DNA of 64,000 nt from a virus (IMGVR_UViG_3300011008_000009:32001-96000); one strand, 5' to 3'; positions 19,979 through 29,977 are shown, counted from the stretch's first letter. Numbers and translations are program-made. The notes: generated by a model not told the origin, from the sequence alone.

Positions 19979-20974
19979 TTAGCTCCCCTTGCTCATATTC
20001 TTCATAAAGTCTACAACCTGTTGAAGAATTTCAATTTTATCTTCTGATATTGCTGAGATTTTAGTATGGGCGCCGGGAGTTCCCATTAGTTCGTCCACTT
20101 TATCTAATATCTTTTGAGCGTTTTCTCCATTGGCATTGGTAAGGTCAAGCCAATCTTGTTTAGCTTCATCCATAAGGCTGCTGTAGCTAACCTTGAAATA
20201 TGGATTGTATTCATCAGAAGTTTGGTTCTCTATTGAACCACCAGTAGTAGCCGATATCTCCTTATCAATCGCGGAGTATATCGCATTTGCAACACTTTCG
20301 TAAGAGAAATCTACAACTGGCTCAATATATTTGAACCTCGATCCTGCCCAGAATCTATCATTACCTCTTAAATAAATCTTAACGTTTCTTTCGTCGGGAT
20401 TAACTGGAGGCAATTCTCGGATATAGCCTATAATATCCACCAACTTATTAACTATATCATAAGCTCTATTGGGCATCGCGGGAGCAAGTTGAAGAAACTC
20501 TTCTCCCTTTTCATTAGTAAGTTTCTTTTCGGTTGAATGGCTAGTAAATGCTAAGCCATATCCCATAAACGCAAGTTCGTTTAAGGCGCCCGAAAATTCT
20601 TTCTTTGCTAAATCATATCCCTGTCCATAAGGAATATCTCCAAGCTGACTAACGCCATTATTGGAGCAAATCTGCTTAATGCATAGTTCATAAGCCATAT
20701 CAGCAGTATCTATACCTATAACATCAAACTTCTCTTTTAGTGCGGGAAGTCGAAGCTGACTGATAGCGGCTTTAAAATCACTCCAAGTCTGAATAGGAAC
20801 TGCATATACATTGTTTAATGCGTTCGTGCCGGGTTCAAAACTTAATATGAGCGACTTGGGCATTTTACTTAGAAATTCAGTTTTTCCTACTTTGGGTAAG
20901 CCATACAATAGTATGAACTTACCCTTTAAATTCTTACTTATGCGAGTCGGCTCAAGATGTAATAAATCTATCAT
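19979..20974 (-). CDS. Sak4-like (AAA_24) RecA-fold ATPase
   Basis: FILLYGLPKVGKT Walker A and VIGIDTAD Walker B. Confidence 0.6.
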   Translation of the reverse strand: MIDLLHLEPTRISKNLKGKFILLYGLPKVGKTEFLSKMPKSLILSFEPGTNALNNVYAVPIQTWSDFKAAISQLRLPALKEKFDVIGIDTADMAYELCIKQICSNNGVSQLGDIPYGQGYDLAKKEFSGALNELAFMGYGLAFTSHSTEKKLTNEKGEEFLQLAPAMPNRAYDIVNKLVDIIGYIRELPPVNPDERNVKIYLRGNDRFWAGSRFKYIEPVVDFSYESVANAIYSAIDKEISATTGGSIENQTSDEYNPYFKVSYSSLMDEAKQDWLDLTNANGENAQKILDKVDELMGTPGAHTKISAISEDKIEILQQVVDFMKNMSKGS

Positions 20975-20992
20975 TTAACCACCTCGCTGTTA

Positions 20993-21907
20993 TTAGAAAC
21001 CATAAGGATTGCTAGATTTTGTTGTAGTTGTAGTAGACTTCTTAGTCTTAGCCTTAGACTTGGCGCTCTCGATGATTTCATTTCTGAGCTTAAGACCCTT
21101 TTCTATCTCTTCCTTAGTGAACTTCTGCTCTTCGGGAAGGTCTTCTGTCTGAGAACCTATAATAAGCTCTCTGCAGTTAATGGTCTTAGTCTTTACAATC
21201 GGATCTCCAAAAGCAGTAGGTACTTCTATCTGTTCTGTCTTTACAGTAAATCTTACCTTACCACTTACCTGTACTGTATCACCGAGCTTCCAGTAAGTAC
21301 GAATGTAATCGATAGCGTTCTTGTTTTCCACAAAGAAGTCTATGGTATCCATTGTACCATTGTATCTACATATCATACCCTTAATCTTAAGGCGACCAGT
21401 AGAAATATTTTCCTTATCTACCTCATCTTCAATATTACCTACTACCATATCCACGAGGAACGTTGCTTCGGGAGTATAGTTGCCAGGGTTAGTGATGGAG
21501 TTAATAAAGTTTGCCTGAATACGCGGCGTGCAGAACACTCTTTCGCCGTCCATACTGTAAATGTTTTCAGTGATGTTAGCGGAGTTAATCATAACCTTTG
21601 TAGCCTTGCTTTCATCATCGCAAACAGCAAGACTAATATAGCTATCCATAGCTCTCTTCATAGACTCATAAGCCGGATTAGCCGCGCCTGTAGAAGTTGT
21701 TTCGGGAACCCAAGTGCTTACTGGGATTTCTTCAATTTCGTCCTTTCCACTAACGTTCTGAGGAACTCTAACCGTAAGAGTACCAGAAATGTAGTTAGTA
21801 TCTATTCCGTCCTTGTTCTTGTAAATACCTGACTTAAGGCTGTTCTCAACGAGTAGACCTATAATTTTAAGATTATTCTTAGACTGTTTTACATTATTAC
21901 TTGCCAT
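20993..21907 (-). CDS. putative ssDNA-binding protein
   Basis: Positional only: it lies next to the Sak4-like ATPase, has a Ser/Thr/Lys tail and ends in an aromatic residue. No diagnostic motif. Confidence 0.35.
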   Translation of the reverse strand: MASNNVKQSKNNLKIIGLLVENSLKSGIYKNKDGIDTNYISGTLTVRVPQNVSGKDEIEEIPVSTWVPETTSTGAANPAYESMKRAMDSYISLAVCDDESKATKVMINSANITENIYSMDGERVFCTPRIQANFINSITNPGNYTPEATFLVDMVVGNIEDEVDKENISTGRLKIKGMICRYNGTMDTIDFFVENKNAIDYIRTYWKLGDTVQVSGKVRFTVKTEQIEVPTAFGDPIVKTKTINCRELIIGSQTEDLPEEQKFTKEEIEKGLKLRNEIIESAKSKAKTKKSTTTTTKSSNPYGF

Positions 21908-21953
21908 TTAATTTTCTCCTTTACATTAAATAAATAATTGAGCAGCCGATTAT

Positions 21954-21983
21954 AAAGGAGTTGATAAGACTACCAACTCCTTT
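21954..21983 (-). terminator. hairpin downstream of the winged-helix gene
   Basis: aaaggagttg-10 nt-caactccttt is a 10-bp stem. The U-tract is weak. Confidence 0.5.
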
Positions 21984-22002
21984 TATTATCAACGTAATAA
22001 GA

Positions 22003-22263
22003 TTACTTCTCTTCCGTCTCTGCGTCAGGATCGAATGCCTTGCCATCATTTGTAAGAGAGATGTACTTAACGATCTTGCCCTTGCCGTCTTCGCCTACTG
22101 TAGTTTCCTCTCTACGAATAGCTCTGCCTTTCTTAACAAGCGCGTTTACAGAACCTGTTACTGCGTTTACAGATACGCCTAGAGCAGCGGAAATCTGCTG
22201 AGCTGTAAACTCCTTGTCGTTTTCCTTAAGGAAATCAAATATCTTTCTCGAATTTTCTGTCAT
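22003..22263 (-). CDS. small winged-helix DNA-binding protein
   Basis: FTAQQISAALGVSVNAVTGSVNALVKKG is a MarR/wHTH-like helix-turn-helix. It has an acidic tail, its own promoter and its own terminator. Confidence 0.6.
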   Translation of the reverse strand: MTENSRKIFDFLKENDKEFTAQQISAALGVSVNAVTGSVNALVKKGRAIRREETTVGEDGKGKIVKYISLTNDGKAFDPDAETEEK

Positions 22264-22311
22264 GGTGTTTTTCTCCTTGTTTTATAAAAATTTTAAAATA
22301 ATATATTTATA

Positions 22312-22327
22312 AATAGCGTTCGCTATT
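22312..22327. promoter_or_regulatory. 7+2+7 inverted repeat in the leader of the winged-helix gene (candidate operator)
   Basis: aatagcg-tt-cgctatt lies about 13-28 nt downstream of the predicted -10. A 2-nt spacer is too short for an RNA hairpin loop. Confidence 0.4.
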
Positions 22328-22347
22328 CATATCTTGATTGTATTATA

Positions 22348-22376
22348 ATTATAACATAACTTTTGATTTTTGTCAA
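22348..22376 (-). promoter_or_regulatory. sigma70/sigmaA-type promoter of the winged-helix gene
   Basis: Minus strand reads TTGACA-17 nt-TATAAT. Confidence 0.65.
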
Positions 22377-22387
22377 ATGTTTGCAAG

Positions 22388-22726
22388 TCAATTTTCTGAC
22401 TGAATGTTAGCTATAATTATTTTTCCTCTTTCTGCCGCCGCTTTGTATGCTTCTGAAAGATAATCCATAAGCACTACTGATGTGGCAAGTGCGCCAACAG
22501 CAACACTTTGGCTTTCTTTATCTAGCTCTTTTTTAGACTTTAGCATAATTAGAGCTTCATTAAGACGAAAAATATTGTCACAGATTTCTTTGTATTTCTG
22601 CCCATCAATTATTTTGCCTTTATTAGCTTCTAAATCCATTAAATCTCTGGAATTGCTGAGCATATCAATGGTTGCATTTATGGCAGATATAAATTCCTGT
22701 TTGTGTCGCGTAAACATCTCGTCCAT
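22388..22726 (-). CDS. hypothetical protein
   Basis: The start was chosen at MDEMFTRHK, which is preceded by AAGGTGA. The track ORF begins 9 nt upstream at a GTG. Confidence 0.6.
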   Translation of the reverse strand: MDEMFTRHKQEFISAINATIDMLSNSRDLMDLEANKGKIIDGQKYKEICDNIFRLNEALIMLKSKKELDKESQSVAVGALATSVVLMDYLSEAYKAAAERGKIIIANIQSEN

Positions 22727-22875
22727 TGGTATCACCTTATCCTTGTAACCTTTATGGGGTAGTAGAAAATACTCTTACTTGTTATCCTAACTACGACTGT
22801 TTTCTTCAAAACTTCCTTTGCAGTTGCGGTATAAATTATTCTCATAATCATTTCCCCTTTCGATTTACTATAATA

Positions 22876-22904
22876 ATTATACCACAACTTTCAATGAAAG
22901 TCAA
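22876..22904 (-). promoter_or_regulatory. sigma70/sigmaA-type promoter with a leader of about 130 nt
   Basis: Minus strand reads TTGACT-17 nt-TATAAT. Confidence 0.6.
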
Positions 22905-22915
22905 ATGTTTAGTAG

Positions 22916-25276
22916 TTATTCTATGCTACGAATTAATTTTCGTATCTTGTCGGTTTCGTCTATCTTCATACTATGCGTACCCTTTGTTGTTCGTGAAGAT
23001 AGCTGAATTTCATTGGTAGAAAATTTAATAATATTTCTACTTGAAAGAACCAAAATATCCTTATCACTACCAAGAGGAAGTACCGCCGCCAAATAATCAT
23101 CATCAGATATCTTTTGTACTGCCGATCCCTTAGTATAACGATTACATAACGGATACTCTTCTATATTAGTCTTTTTGATATAGCCCTGCTCGGTTACTGT
23201 TGCGAGATATTGAGCATCTGATGCTATTTTCGCGCCAGAAATTACATAATCATCTTTATTGAGTTTAATACCAATTACGCCTTGAGTTACTCTACCAGTG
23301 GCAGGAATGTCGGTAGTATTTATTGTTATACCCAAACCTTCGTGTGTAGCGATTACATAATTCTCGTCGTTTATGAAACTAATATCTACTATTTCATCAT
23401 TATCTTTGAGTTTGATACCCTGAATGCCAGTAGACCTTTTAGTTTTATATTCTGATATTAAAGTTTTCTTTATCATCCCCAGCTTAGTAAGGAAGAAGAT
23501 GTACTTAAAGCTATCAGTTTTGTTATATGCCATCGCGCCGACTAGATGCTCGTCAATGGGAATATCAAATGTTCCGTATATATTAGTAGTTTCTCCTATT
23601 GTGAGATCTGATAAATTAATATTGTAAACCTTGCCCTTATCAGAAACCAGTAACATAGAGCCTAAGTTTGTATCGTTGATTGTTGCAATTACATACTCAT
23701 CGGCGCCGAGTTTTAGCTTATTACCCTTTCCGCCCCTGCGCTGACTAAGTAGAGTAGTAGACTCACTTGTATAGATGTTACCTTTGTTAGTAACGTGAGC
23801 AATAAGAGTTACTTCTTCGATTATTTCATCTTCATTGTCTGACGAAAGATTTAATACCTGAGTCCTTCTTGCGTCGCCATACTTATCTCTTACAGTGATT
23901 AAATCCTTTTCTATTTCTTTCTTTAAAAGAGTTTCGTTAGAAAGAATTTTTTCAATCTCTGCTATTTGAGAAAGAAGTTTAACTTTCTCCTGCTTATACT
24001 TTTCAACTTCCATATGAGTAAGTCTAGCAAGTTTTATTTCAAGTATCGCAGTAGCTTGTGTTTCAGTAAGTAAAAAATTCTTCTGTAACTCAATATTTGC
24101 TATTGTCGCGCTAGTTGAAGACTTTATAGTATTAACTACTTCGTCAATATGAGCCAAAGCAATTATAATACCTTCAACTATATGGAGTCGCGCCTTGAGC
24201 TTATTGAGTTCAAAATTAAATACGTTAGTATAGACATTAATTTGGTGAGTTAGATAAGCCTGAAGTGCTTCTTTCCAAGTGAATGTTCGAGGATATCTAC
24301 CGTCTTCAAGCATAGTAAAATTAATGCCATAATATGATTGAAGAGAAGTATTCTTGTAAAGATACTTAATTACCTTATCGGGATTACCTCTACGATTAAG
24401 ATAAATCTTTATCAACGGATTTTCACCAGTAAGGTCATTATATCTTTCTATACCACAATCTGGCTCTTCATCGAGTATCTTATCAAGTTCTCCACATATA
24501 GTATTAGTGTAAACGCCATAAGGTATTTCTGTCACTACAAGCGTGCGCTCTTTTTCATCATACGATACAACCGAACGCAATTTACAAGCCTTGCCAGTAC
24601 CATTTTTAAGACTTTCTTTTACTTCACTTTCGTTTAGAAGTAAACCACCAGTCGCAAAATCGGGGCAACAATAAATATCTTCAAAAGGTATATCGGAGTT
24701 CCACAGTAATTTAATCAATGCATTGTTTACATCGGTTAGATTGAACTGAGGTATAGAACTTGCGGCGCCGACACCTATACCCATTGTGCCATTAACGATA
24801 TTGTAGTATCCTTTAGTCGGTAATACGGCAGGATACTGCTTTTCATTACTATAGTTGTCGCGCCATTCTGTAATAGCCTGTTTGTTTATATCTTTAAACA
24901 ATAAGCCCGAAATTTCAGAAAGTTTACTCTCGGTATAACGCGAAGCCGCCCAGTTACCACTTGCTATTAATGTACCACAGTTACCTTTTATGGCAACCAA
25001 AGGATATCTCATAGCAAAATGCTGCCCTGCTCTCATTATTACGCCTTCGCAAGATGCATCACCGTGAATGTAATAATCTGCCATAGCTAAACCGACAGCA
25101 TTCGCAGTTTTCTTAAACTTATTGTCATAAGTAAGTTTATTTTGCAACATTGAATAAAATATTTGTCTAGCCGATGGCTTAATACAATCACGAACATCTA
25201 CGAGCGCACGGCTTTGCAGCACAGCTCCAGCGTATTGACTAAACGACTGTTCTATTATTGTTTTAAGTTCGCTCAT
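22916..25276 (-). CDS. type II DNA topoisomerase, A subunit (GyrA/ParC-like)
   Basis: DCIKPSARQIFYSM...AASRYTESKLS gives the catalytic Tyr context. The C-terminal repeats are consistent with a beta-pinwheel. Confidence 0.85.
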   Translation of the reverse strand: MSELKTIIEQSFSQYAGAVLQSRALVDVRDCIKPSARQIFYSMLQNKLTYDNKFKKTANAVGLAMADYYIHGDASCEGVIMRAGQHFAMRYPLVAIKGNCGTLIASGNWAASRYTESKLSEISGLLFKDINKQAITEWRDNYSNEKQYPAVLPTKGYYNIVNGTMGIGVGAASSIPQFNLTDVNNALIKLLWNSDIPFEDIYCCPDFATGGLLLNESEVKESLKNGTGKACKLRSVVSYDEKERTLVVTEIPYGVYTNTICGELDKILDEEPDCGIERYNDLTGENPLIKIYLNRRGNPDKVIKYLYKNTSLQSYYGINFTMLEDGRYPRTFTWKEALQAYLTHQINVYTNVFNFELNKLKARLHIVEGIIIALAHIDEVVNTIKSSTSATIANIELQKNFLLTETQATAILEIKLARLTHMEVEKYKQEKVKLLSQIAEIEKILSNETLLKKEIEKDLITVRDKYGDARRTQVLNLSSDNEDEIIEEVTLIAHVTNKGNIYTSESTTLLSQRRGGKGNKLKLGADEYVIATINDTNLGSMLLVSDKGKVYNINLSDLTIGETTNIYGTFDIPIDEHLVGAMAYNKTDSFKYIFFLTKLGMIKKTLISEYKTKRSTGIQGIKLKDNDEIVDISFINDENYVIATHEGLGITINTTDIPATGRVTQGVIGIKLNKDDYVISGAKIASDAQYLATVTEQGYIKKTNIEEYPLCNRYTKGSAVQKISDDDYLAAVLPLGSDKDILVLSSRNIIKFSTNEIQLSSRTTKGTHSMKIDETDKIRKLIRSIE

Positions 25277-25301
25277 TTATTCACATCCTTTCTATAATAG
25301 T

Positions 25302-25330
25302 ATTATATCATAATTTTAGGTAAAAGTCAA
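25302..25330 (-). promoter_or_regulatory. sigma70/sigmaA-type promoter upstream of the topo-II A gene
   Basis: Minus strand reads TTGACT-17 nt (ending TATGA)-TATAAT. Confidence 0.7.
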
Positions 25331-25629
25331 TCATTTACGGGTTCAAAATATTTTTCTATTTCATTTCTATAAAATGGTACAAAAGCACCGCCTACTAATA
25401 GATACCAGCTATGTCGAGAAGGAATATCATAATTTATTTTTGTGATAGTACCAGCTGGAATATAGTTATTAGCCCAGGTTCCACCTACTTTGGCTCTTAC
25501 TAGTCGAACATTAAGAGACTTGGGCGGACTAGCAACGCCACCTATGCAGCGTGCTATCACTTCTCCCTCGGCATCGAAAAGAACTCCGCTTTCAATGCGA
25601 TATTGTCCATTTTCTTCAAATGCATTCAT
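25327..25629 (-). CDS. hypothetical protein
   Basis: 100-aa ORF in a tight operon context. Confidence 0.55.
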   Translation of the reverse strand: MNAFEENGQYRIESGVLFDAEGEVIARCIGGVASPPKSLNVRLVRAKVGGTWANNYIPAGTITKINYDIPSRHSWYLLVGGAFVPFYRNEIEKYFEPVND

Positions 25630-25639
25630 TATATTACTC

Positions 25640-25870
25640 CTAATCTAGAGGTGTTTCGTCTTTAGGCTCAATTTGTTCAAAAATTATATAACTTGAATAT
25701 GGATATTTTGAAACCATTCCATTAATTCTCGTAATAATTATTTCATAATTCTCTACATTGTTCCTAGGACTAGCAAAAGGTAAAGATACTTCTTTTACCT
25801 CATATTTCAGAGCGTGGTTTATAATCTCATAGCTGTGACTATGAACATTCATTACTAAATAGGTTTTCAT
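25640..25870 (-). CDS. hypothetical protein
   Basis: 76-aa ORF in a tight operon context. Confidence 0.5.
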   Translation of the reverse strand: MKTYLVMNVHSHSYEIINHALKYEVKEVSLPFASPRNNVENYEIIITRINGMVSKYPYSSYIIFEQIEPKDETPLD

Positions 25871-25877
25871 AATTACC

Positions 25878-26069
25878 TCATAAGGTTTTTAATACTACTA
25901 CTTGATGTTTACAAATCGGACATTTAATATAATATAAAGTACTCGGAAAAGAGGACATTGAACTTTCAGTGTCTCTCTTCTTTACATCTTCTTTCCAATT
26001 ATAAGAAAGTAAACTTTTACAAATTTTACATTCAACAAACCTGTCAGGTTCTTTAGTTACTATAATCAT
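25878..26069 (-). CDS. small Zn-ribbon protein
   Basis: CKICKS...CPICKH. It starts 2 nt after the topo-II B exon 3 stop. Confidence 0.5.
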   Translation of the reverse strand: MIIVTKEPDRFVECKICKSLLSYNWKEDVKKRDTESSMSSFPSTLYYIKCPICKHQVVVLKTL

Positions 26070-26071
26070 AA

Positions 26072-26253
26072 TTATTCCTTTATTTCTGAAAAGTCAATAT
26101 TATTAAACACGTATTCAGTTCTCGGTTCTACTCTACTGCCCATTAGCTGTTCAAGCATTTCAATACCTTCTTCCGAATACTCAATACGTTCAAGACGCTG
26201 ATATTCAGGACTAAACATTGATTTTCGCGCCGTTGCGGCAGGCAATTCACCTA
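26072..26253 (-). CDS. type II topoisomerase B subunit, exon 3 (not in the ORF track)
   Basis: My translation is (L)GELPAATARKSMFSPEYQRLERIEYSEEGIEMLEQLMGSRVEPRTEYVFNNIDFSEIKE*. This corresponds to the GyrB C-terminal KGLGEM...LMG..VE.R..FI region. Confidence 0.8.
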
Positions 26254-27212
26254 CGTATTACTCAATTATTACTAATTGTACTGACCATTTCTTCACATAT
26301 AGTGCATACCGTTTCCAATTGCGTATCAATAGCAATCGTACTCTCCAACAACGGAGATGGTCGATACAGGTTAATTATTCTTTTCTAAGTTCTTAATCCT
26401 TTTAAGATTAGTAGCTTTAAAGCTGTCGTAACTGGAATATATATTTTTAAAGTCTTCGTAAATGGTTCTTAAACTTTCACCATTTGCATATCTTAATCTA
26501 ATGCTTTCAAACTGTTGGTCACTAATTTTTGCTTTTGGGTTCTTTTCTCCTGGGTTGCTATAACTTTTAGAATTATTTCTATGCCACTCTCTATTTTCTT
26601 GTGTATTTAATTCGGGTAAAATATTTTTCCAAGTTTGCCAAGTATATACTTTTTTAAAACCGGTTTTTTCTATTTTATCCTGATATTCATAATACATTTC
26701 TCTTGTAGAGATAGTCTTGGATGCCCACAATAATCTTATTTCTATAACATCTTTTTCTGTTAATTTGTGCTTAGGATGTTTTTCGCCGTGAGTATCAACT
26801 AAATCTCCACCCGGAGTAGCATTATATCCTTTTTTAAAAGTATTGTAATAATTTATCCAATAAATTTCTTTTTCTTTTAGCTCTTCTGGTTTACATTCTT
26901 CTAAAACTTCCCATTTGAAATTTTCTAAACCATATTTTCTGAACGCTTGATACAATACTTTATCATACTCTTTATTATCACTATCAAAAGCTCTTTCTCT
27001 ATGAGATTTCCAGCGATTTTCAATATTTATAGATAACCCAATATAAGCATTATTATTAATTAAATTTGTAATTTTGTATATACCAGTCATACATTTCCTC
27101 CAAGAATAATTCTTCCCACGAGATTATCCAACTTGGGACTACCCTCGTTAGCAGTCAATGAAGACTACCCCGCCGATAAGCGGAAAAGTATGTAAGGACC
27201 AGACTACCTCTT
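26254..27212 (-). mobile_element. group I intron (topo-II B intron 2) carrying a GIY-YIG homing endonuclease
   Basis: Exon 2 ends AAA GGA U|, after U. The intron ends ...GUAAUACG|, after G. Joining gives RAKG-L-GELP, the KGLGE motif. GUAUCGACCAU and AGAAAUGGUCAG elements flank the 3' core. Confidence 0.75.
26371..27090 (-). CDS. GIY-YIG homing endonuclease
   Basis: MTGIYKITNLINNNAYIGLS...RWKSH...YNATPGG. GGAGG precedes the ATG. Confidence 0.85.
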   Translation of the reverse strand: MTGIYKITNLINNNAYIGLSINIENRWKSHRERAFDSDNKEYDKVLYQAFRKYGLENFKWEVLEECKPEELKEKEIYWINYYNTFKKGYNATPGGDLVDTHGEKHPKHKLTEKDVIEIRLLWASKTISTREMYYEYQDKIEKTGFKKVYTWQTWKNILPELNTQENREWHRNNSKSYSNPGEKNPKAKISDQQFESIRLRYANGESLRTIYEDFKNIYSSYDSFKATNLKRIKNLEKNN

Positions 27213-27411
27213 ATCCTTTTGCTCTCGTTACCTCTCCCTTTACTGTTGAACGAACCTTATTAAACTCCTCATCAGTAAAGTAGTAACTTTCTACTCCTTT
27301 ATTTTCTACTATATAAAGAGGAGATTTAAGCCAATACAGTCTACCTTCTTTTATAAAGTCTGGCGCAAGATACCATAAGTTTGCCATAATTAACAATCCT
27401 ATGTGACTTCC
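27213..27411 (-). CDS. type II topoisomerase B subunit, exon 2
   Basis: GSHIGLLIMANLWYL...LYWLKSPLY corresponds to GyrB DGSHIRTLLLTFFYR...YIAQPPLY. Confidence 0.8.
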
Positions 27412-28446
27412 CACGTTACCCATTATTTCTAATGGCGCTGACTATCTGTTACTCGTTAAAATGAGAATACTCTTTCCAATCACGTACCAATAGTGACTGT
27501 ACTTCCCTTCCGGGGAATAGTCGATACAGGCTTCATTTATTAACCCAAACCTTTTGTTTTTTCTTGTATATTGGCAGGTCTTTATAGGTGCGACCCCACA
27601 ATATTTGTTGTAATGTATTGTAACTGCATCTATCTTTAAAATCATTATAGATACTTCTTGCATCTTCATTAACGTACCGTTCTCGCATTTTTAAGACTTC
27701 TTCACTTGTAAATTTTGCGCTATCTGAATTAGAGCCATCTGTTGCGTGATATTTATAGAAATTTTTATTTTCCTCGGTATAAACTTCCATTTTAATATCT
27801 TTCCAAGTGGTTCCGTCCCAAATGGATGCGAAGCTGCTAAAACTTATTCTGTCTTGAAATTGTTTATATACTTCACGGCGTCGCATATGGTTGCCATAAC
27901 ACTCTCTAATATAAGCCACATCTTCATTAGTGAGTTTCGTTCTTCCATTATTTTCACCACGACTATTTCCGCCGCCTTCATTGCAATTATAACCAAATCC
28001 TTTATAAGTATTATAATATGCAATCCAGTATTTTTCTCGTTCATCTAATTGTTCTAATGAACATTCTTCTATAATTTCAAAATCAAAAGCATCAACGCCA
28101 TATTTCTTAATGGCTATTTCAATCGGTATATCAATTTTGTTTTTATGTTCGGAAAATCTTCTCTCTATATCATTACTTTGACCAATATATGATTTTCCAT
28201 TTTCTTTCTTAGTTATTTTGTATATGCCTATCATTGCGGCACCTCCACAATTATTAGGCTTGGGTCAATTCTGATTCCCACGGGATCTGCATGCCCACGA
28301 GGGGTTTAGCTTCTCTTATCACCATAACCTTTCGGTTTAGTTGCCCGTTAGCCTTCTATAATAATGTAGGGAATATGTAAACCCTCTCTACATTTTTCAG
28401 AAGACCCCGCTGGTTAGCGGTAAAGTATTTACGGACAGAGTTACTT
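27412..28446 (-). mobile_element. group I intron (topo-II B intron 1) carrying a GIY-YIG homing endonuclease
   Basis: Exon 1 ends GAU UCG GAU|, after U. The intron ends ...GGUAACGUG|, after G. Joining gives TDADSD-GSHI, the Toprim DxDxDGxHI motif. GUAUCGACUAUUCC and ACAGAUAGUCAG elements are present. Confidence 0.8.
27533..28234 (-). CDS. GIY-YIG homing endonuclease
   Basis: MIGIYKITKKENGKSYIGQSNDIERRFSEH...YNCNEGG. GGAGGTG precedes the ATG. Confidence 0.85.
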   Translation of the reverse strand: MIGIYKITKKENGKSYIGQSNDIERRFSEHKNKIDIPIEIAIKKYGVDAFDFEIIEECSLEQLDEREKYWIAYYNTYKGFGYNCNEGGGNSRGENNGRTKLTNEDVAYIRECYGNHMRRREVYKQFQDRISFSSFASIWDGTTWKDIKMEVYTEENKNFYKYHATDGSNSDSAKFTSEEVLKMRERYVNEDARSIYNDFKDRCSYNTLQQILWGRTYKDLPIYKKKQKVWVNK

Positions 28447-29937
28447 ATCCGAATCTGCGTCAGTTGCTATGGCAATTTTACCATAATGAAGTTTTTTGCT
28501 ATCATACTTTCCAGGCAGTATGTTCATGGCGCTTAACAGTAACTTTATCTCTTCGTTCTTAAATATTTTTTCTTCATCATTGGACAACGAATTAATCATC
28601 TTACCACGAATTGCCATAAGACCATACTTAGTTATATCTCTTGCCCGCGACAGTCCGCCTAACGCCGAGTCTCCCTCACAGATAAGTAAGGTACTGTCCT
28701 GTCCAAGAAACTCTGCGTCTTTCAGCTTATCGCTAGCAAACACTTTTTTCTTCTGATTTTTCTCGATATCCTTTGTAGCATCAAGCACAGCCTGTCTTGC
28801 CTTTTCAGCCGCCTTTTCAGCTTTCTGAATCTTATTCATCATTTCGATGATACTATTAAATTCACCACTATGTTTAAGCGCAAATTCATCAAGTCCAGAC
28901 TTAAAAGCCGTACTAGCTAAAGTTCTAAGATTAGGATTATTTATTTTAGACTTGGTCTGATTAGCAAAAGAGGGGTTAACTACTTTGCAGTTTATCGCAT
29001 AAACCAGACCCTTACGAATGATTTCGGGATCGAACTCCTTCTTGGACAAACGCTTCATAGAGGTTGTAAAAGTAGTTTTCGCGCCTGTAATGGGAGAGCC
29101 ACCCTCGCTGCAAAAAAGTCCGTTGACAAATACATAGCTGGCACCCGGACCATCTGTCCACATAAAAGCTACTTCTACTTCATCAGTATCATCTTTTGCT
29201 GTTGTAATGATTGGCGCAGACATCAATGGTTTTTTGACATTGTCCTTAATAAAATCGCCTATACCATTTTCGGAATAAAACTCTACTGTTTTTCCAGTAT
29301 TAACCAAACCAACTTTAAAATGTACACCTTTATTAAGATAAGAAATATTTCTTATTTCATTACATATTCTATCATAAGAAAAGCCGTCAGTCATTAATTT
29401 AAATACTTCGGGGTCTGGAATAAACTCTACCTTTGTGCCAGTATGGGCGCTTGTATTGGGTATTTCTTCATAATTTACGAGTATTCCTTTTTCAAAGGTA
29501 GCAGTAGCCTGCTTCTTTTCTCGATAGGAAGTAACGACAAAATTTTTAGAAGACATACATACCGCGGTTCCGCCTATACCATTCAATCCAGAAGAATTTT
29601 TGTATGCATTTTTGTCAAATTTTCCTCCAGTATGACTTTCGGTATAAATAGACACCAGAATATTTCTTCCGTCTTTAATACCAAAAGGTACTCCTCGTCC
29701 GTCGTCTATAATTGTAATTTTATTGTTTTGTTCATCAACAGCTATGGTTATTAAATTACCATATCCTGCCAATGCTTCATCTGTAGAATTGTTGACTATT
29801 TCTTTAAATGCTTGATAAATACCATCGGTATCATCAGAACCGAGATACATCTGTATCCTTGAACGCATAGCTTCACGCGTTTCTAAGTGTCTTATGCTAT
29901 CTATACCATAATTATCCATTCGCATTCTCCTTTTCAC
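28447..29937 (-). CDS. type II topoisomerase B subunit, exon 1 (GHKL ATPase, transducer, start of Toprim)
   Basis: EIVNNSTDEA, IDDGRGVP, GLNGIGGTA, then CEGDSALGG...IAIATDADSD. Confidence 0.85.
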
Positions 29938-29948
29938 TTTATAATAAT

Positions 29949-29977
29949 ATTATACCATAATATAACGAAAAAGTCAA
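29949..29977 (-). promoter_or_regulatory. sigma70/sigmaA-type promoter upstream of the topo-II B gene
   Basis: Minus strand reads TTGACT-17 nt-TATAAT. Confidence 0.7.

Noticed and set aside
22732-22851. Possible 39-codon small ORF (MIMRIIYTATAKEVLKK...) in the long leader downstream of the 22876-22904 promoter.
   Set aside because: It has a plausible purine-rich stretch in front but no other support. It is below any confidence threshold without conservation or ribosome-profiling data.
26070-26100. A TTGACT hexamer (minus strand) just upstream of ORF 25878..26069, which could be another promoter.
   Set aside because: It lies inside topo-II B exon 3, where it encodes IDFSE. The would-be -10 (TAATTA) is poor and abuts the start codon.
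27442-27669. 75-aa ORF spanning the 3' part of the GIY-YIG gene and the intron core.
   Set aside because: It overlaps the clearly motif-bearing endonuclease ORF 27533..28234 in another frame and runs into the intron P7 region. It is most likely spurious.
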